NCBI RefSeq assembly: GCF_006345805.1
Contig: NW_021836454.1
Coordinates: 1 to 24,116, forward strand
Origin: Octopus sinensis
Taxonomy: Eukaryota
Direction: 5' to 3'
Length of the DNA stretch: 24,116 bases
A program made the position numbers and the translations under genes. Under the pieces are notes generated by a model. That model was not told where the DNA came from, ran no database searches, and saw only the letters and a list, made by a program, of their open reading frames with translations. Each line of letters starts with the position of its first letter. Within the stretch, counting starts at the first letter, position 1. Below, piece by piece: positions 21,421 to 24,116 of the stretch.

Positions 21421-22904
21421 ATACAAGGCCACTCCCTCTCAACAGGTCTTTGTCTTGCAAGTGACTTGGTGATCCTGCCAGTACTAGTGCCACATAAAAA
21501 CCATCCAGTCCACACTGTAAAGTGGTTGACATTTGGAAGAGTATCCAGCTGTGAAAAAAAACCTGCCAAAACAGACCTTGACAGGGCTAGAGTCACATAA
21601 AAAGTCCTCAGCTCACTCTGGTGGTTGGTGTAAAACTCATGCCAAAACAGGTAGCAAAGCCTAGAGCAGTCTTCTGGCTTGCTGCTGCTGTCAAACCATC
21701 CAACCCATGCCAGCATGGAAAACGGACATTAATTGATGATGATGATGATGATGATGATGATATGTATGTGTATATGTATGTATGTGTGTGTGTGTATATA
21801 TATATATATATAGGGAGACAGAGAGAGAGAGAAAGAGAGAGATAGATAGAATAAGACCCGCCTCTCACTCCTAATAAGAAAGGCAGAACATAATATGAAA
21901 ATGTAGGAAATGAGACTACTACTACTACTACTACCATCACCACCAGCACCACCACTGCTGCTGCTGCTGCTACCCACTGGGGAGCCTCTGTTGCCCCTGA
22001 TTCCAGGCCTGTTCATTCCCCACCTCCTTTGGAGTAAATTTCAAGATTCCTGCAAGGAAATTGATTTTAGGTGGGAAAGAATCTTTCTCCATTCTTTGCA
22101 CAGTTTTGTGTTCTTCCGATTTTGCTGATTCAATTAATACCCCAGCCATCAATTAATGTTATGCAATAAATTGTGGAGCAAACAACAACAACAACAACAA
22201 GGACAGTATTATCATGCGGAAGGGGGGTGGCAAAGTGGTGAAGGGGAGGGAAATAGAGGGGAAAAAAAAAAGGAAATAATGTCAATTGACTTGCAAGAAG
22301 TAGCAGTTAAATCAGTGTGAAATTGTTTGAAATAAAACTGGACATTGTAGTTCTTGATATAGAATAGACTGGCTGGCCATGGGTGGAAAAACAGCCTGAT
22401 AGAAATGGGTATTGGGTATTAGAGGTAGGCTAAGCTGCAACAGGCTAAGGTCGTGGAGGTGAGACAAAACACTTCCCTGTGAAAGAAAAAGGAAGATCAC
22501 AGCCCCGCATCCTGGGGCTACTTTTAATCATGGGTCTGTCAGCATCATCAGGGTTCACTTGATGTTAAAGAATACTTATTATGGCTGCTAATCAATGAAC
22601 CTTATGTGGTCGCTCAAAATGCTAGAAACAATAGCCAAATCTCCTTTGTAGTTTTATCTTTTATCTATTATTTGTTTCAGTCATTAGACTGCAATCATGC
22701 TGGGGTAATGACCTGAAGGATTTAGTCAAACAGATCTATCCCAGTTTTTGTTTTTTTTTAAGTCTGTTACTTATTATGTTATATAAGTCATTTTTTGCCA
22801 AATTGCTAAGTTACAGGAACATAAACAAACCAACAAAGGTTGTCAGGTGATGGTGGTGAAGATGAACACATGCACACATGTATGCACATGCATGTACACA
22901 CACA

Positions 22905-23060
22905 CACAAACATAAATGATAGGTTTCCACACAGTTTCTATCAACCAAATCCACACACAACCTGGTTGTCTTGCAGCTGTAGCAGAACACGCTGAAGGTG
23001 CTGTGCACTGGGATTGAACCTGAAAACACATGGTTGCAAAATGAACAACTTAAACTTCAC
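22905..23060 (-). mobile_element. Decayed tRNA-headed SINE
   Basis: Reverse of the CAGGTTCAATCCCAGTGCAC..TGGATTTGGTTGATAGAAACTGTGTGGAAAC family also seen on + at ~14563-14700 and ~17559-17712. Confidence 0.55.
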
Positions 23061-23076
23061 GCTTATGCCTATATAT

Positions 23077-24116
23077 GAGGGAAATGAGAGAGATCTGTAC
23101 AGGAAATGAGGGAGATCTATAGAGGAGGGAAATGAGGGAGATCTGTAGAGGAAGGAAATGAGGGAGATCTGTAGAGGAGGGAAATGAGGGAGATCTGTAG
23201 AGGAGGGAAATGAGGGAGATCTGTAGAGGAGGGAAATGAGAGAGATCTGTAGAGGAAATGAGGGAGATCTGTAGAGGAGGGAAACGAGAGAGATCTGTAG
23301 AGGAGGGAAATGAGAGAGATCTGTAGAGGAGGGAAATGAGGGAGATCTGTAGAGGAGGGAAATGAGAGAGATCTGTAGAGGAAATGAGGGAGATCTGTAG
23401 AGGAGGGAAATGAGAGAGATCTGTAGAGGAGGGAAACGAGAGAGATCTGTAGAGGAGGGAAATGAGAGAGATCTGTAGAGGAAATGAGGGAGATCTGTAG
23501 AGGAGGGAAATGAGAGAGATCTGTAGAGGAGGGAAATGAGAGAGATCTGTAGAGGAGGGAAATGAGGGAGATCTGTAGAGGAGGGAAATGAGGGAGATCT
23601 GTAGAGGAGGGAAATGAGGGAGATCTGTAGAGGAGGGAAATGAGGGAGATCTGTAGAGGAGGGAAATGAGGGAGATCTGTAGAGGATGGAAATGAGGGAG
23701 ATCTGTAGAGGAGGGAAATGAGGGAGATCTGTAGAGGAGGGAAATGAGGGAGATCTGTAGAGGAGGGAAATGAGAGAGATCTGTAGAGGATGGAAATGAG
23801 GGAGATCTGTAGAGGAGGGAAATGAGGAGATCTGTAGAGGAGGGAAATGAGGGAGATCTGTAGAGGATGGAAATGAGAGAGATCTGTAGAGGAGGGAAAT
23901 GAGGGAGATCTGTAGAGGAGGGAAATGAGGGAGATCTGTAGAGGAGGGAAATGAGGGAGATCTGTAGAGGAGGGAAATGAGAGAGATCTGTAGAGGATGG
24001 AAATGAGGGAGATCTGTAGAGGAGGGAAATGAGGGAGATCTGTAGAGGAGGGAAATGAGGGAGATCTGTAGAGGATGGAAATGAGGGAGATCTGTAGAGG
24101 AGGGAAATGAGGGAGA
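23077..24116. repeat. 26-bp purine-rich minisatellite, ~40 units, truncated by the window end
   Basis: Unit GAGGGAAATGAGGGAGATCTGTAGAG with variants (GAGAGA, AAACG, GATGGA, and a 22-bp unit lacking GAGG). Confidence 0.97.

Noticed and set aside
21910-22500. Possible exons of a second gene or the LDAH 5' exon
   Set aside because: Short ORFs are low-complexity or unrecognisable and the splice-like sites are weak; needs RNA-seq.
23077-24116. CRISPR-like or coding repeat array
   Set aside because: Units are directly adjacent with no unique spacers, there are no cas genes, the context is eukaryotic, and the 26-bp period is not a codon multiple.

Overview
AT-rich, microsatellite-dense animal genomic DNA; the repeat landscape suggests a cephalopod, probably Octopus (inference). 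One host gene is supported: a minus-strand lipid droplet-associated hydrolase (LDAH) with three coding exons (15212-15059, 5709-5590, 4658-3979; 317 aa, GNPG and GHSIG motifs). The window opens with a near-full-length 5S rRNA copy fused directly to a 5'-truncated, frameshifted CR1-group LINE that ends in poly(A), with (TA)n on both sides. Just downstream of LDAH lie hammerhead-ribozyme-like motifs of the minimal Penelope/retrozyme type: two back-to-back in a 207-bp palindrome, and a third framed by inverted repeats. The 9.3-kb LDAH intron holds four decayed R4/Dong-clade RLE retrotransposon pieces from about three families, each ending in (TAA)n, plus a non-coding (AAT)n-tailed element, long AAT/GAT arrays and a perfect 80-bp palindrome. 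The rest is tRNA-headed SINEs, (GAT)n-tailed repeats, a decayed mariner, a 74-bp templated insertion and a 26-bp minisatellite running off the right end. All family assignments come from motif recognition, not database searches.
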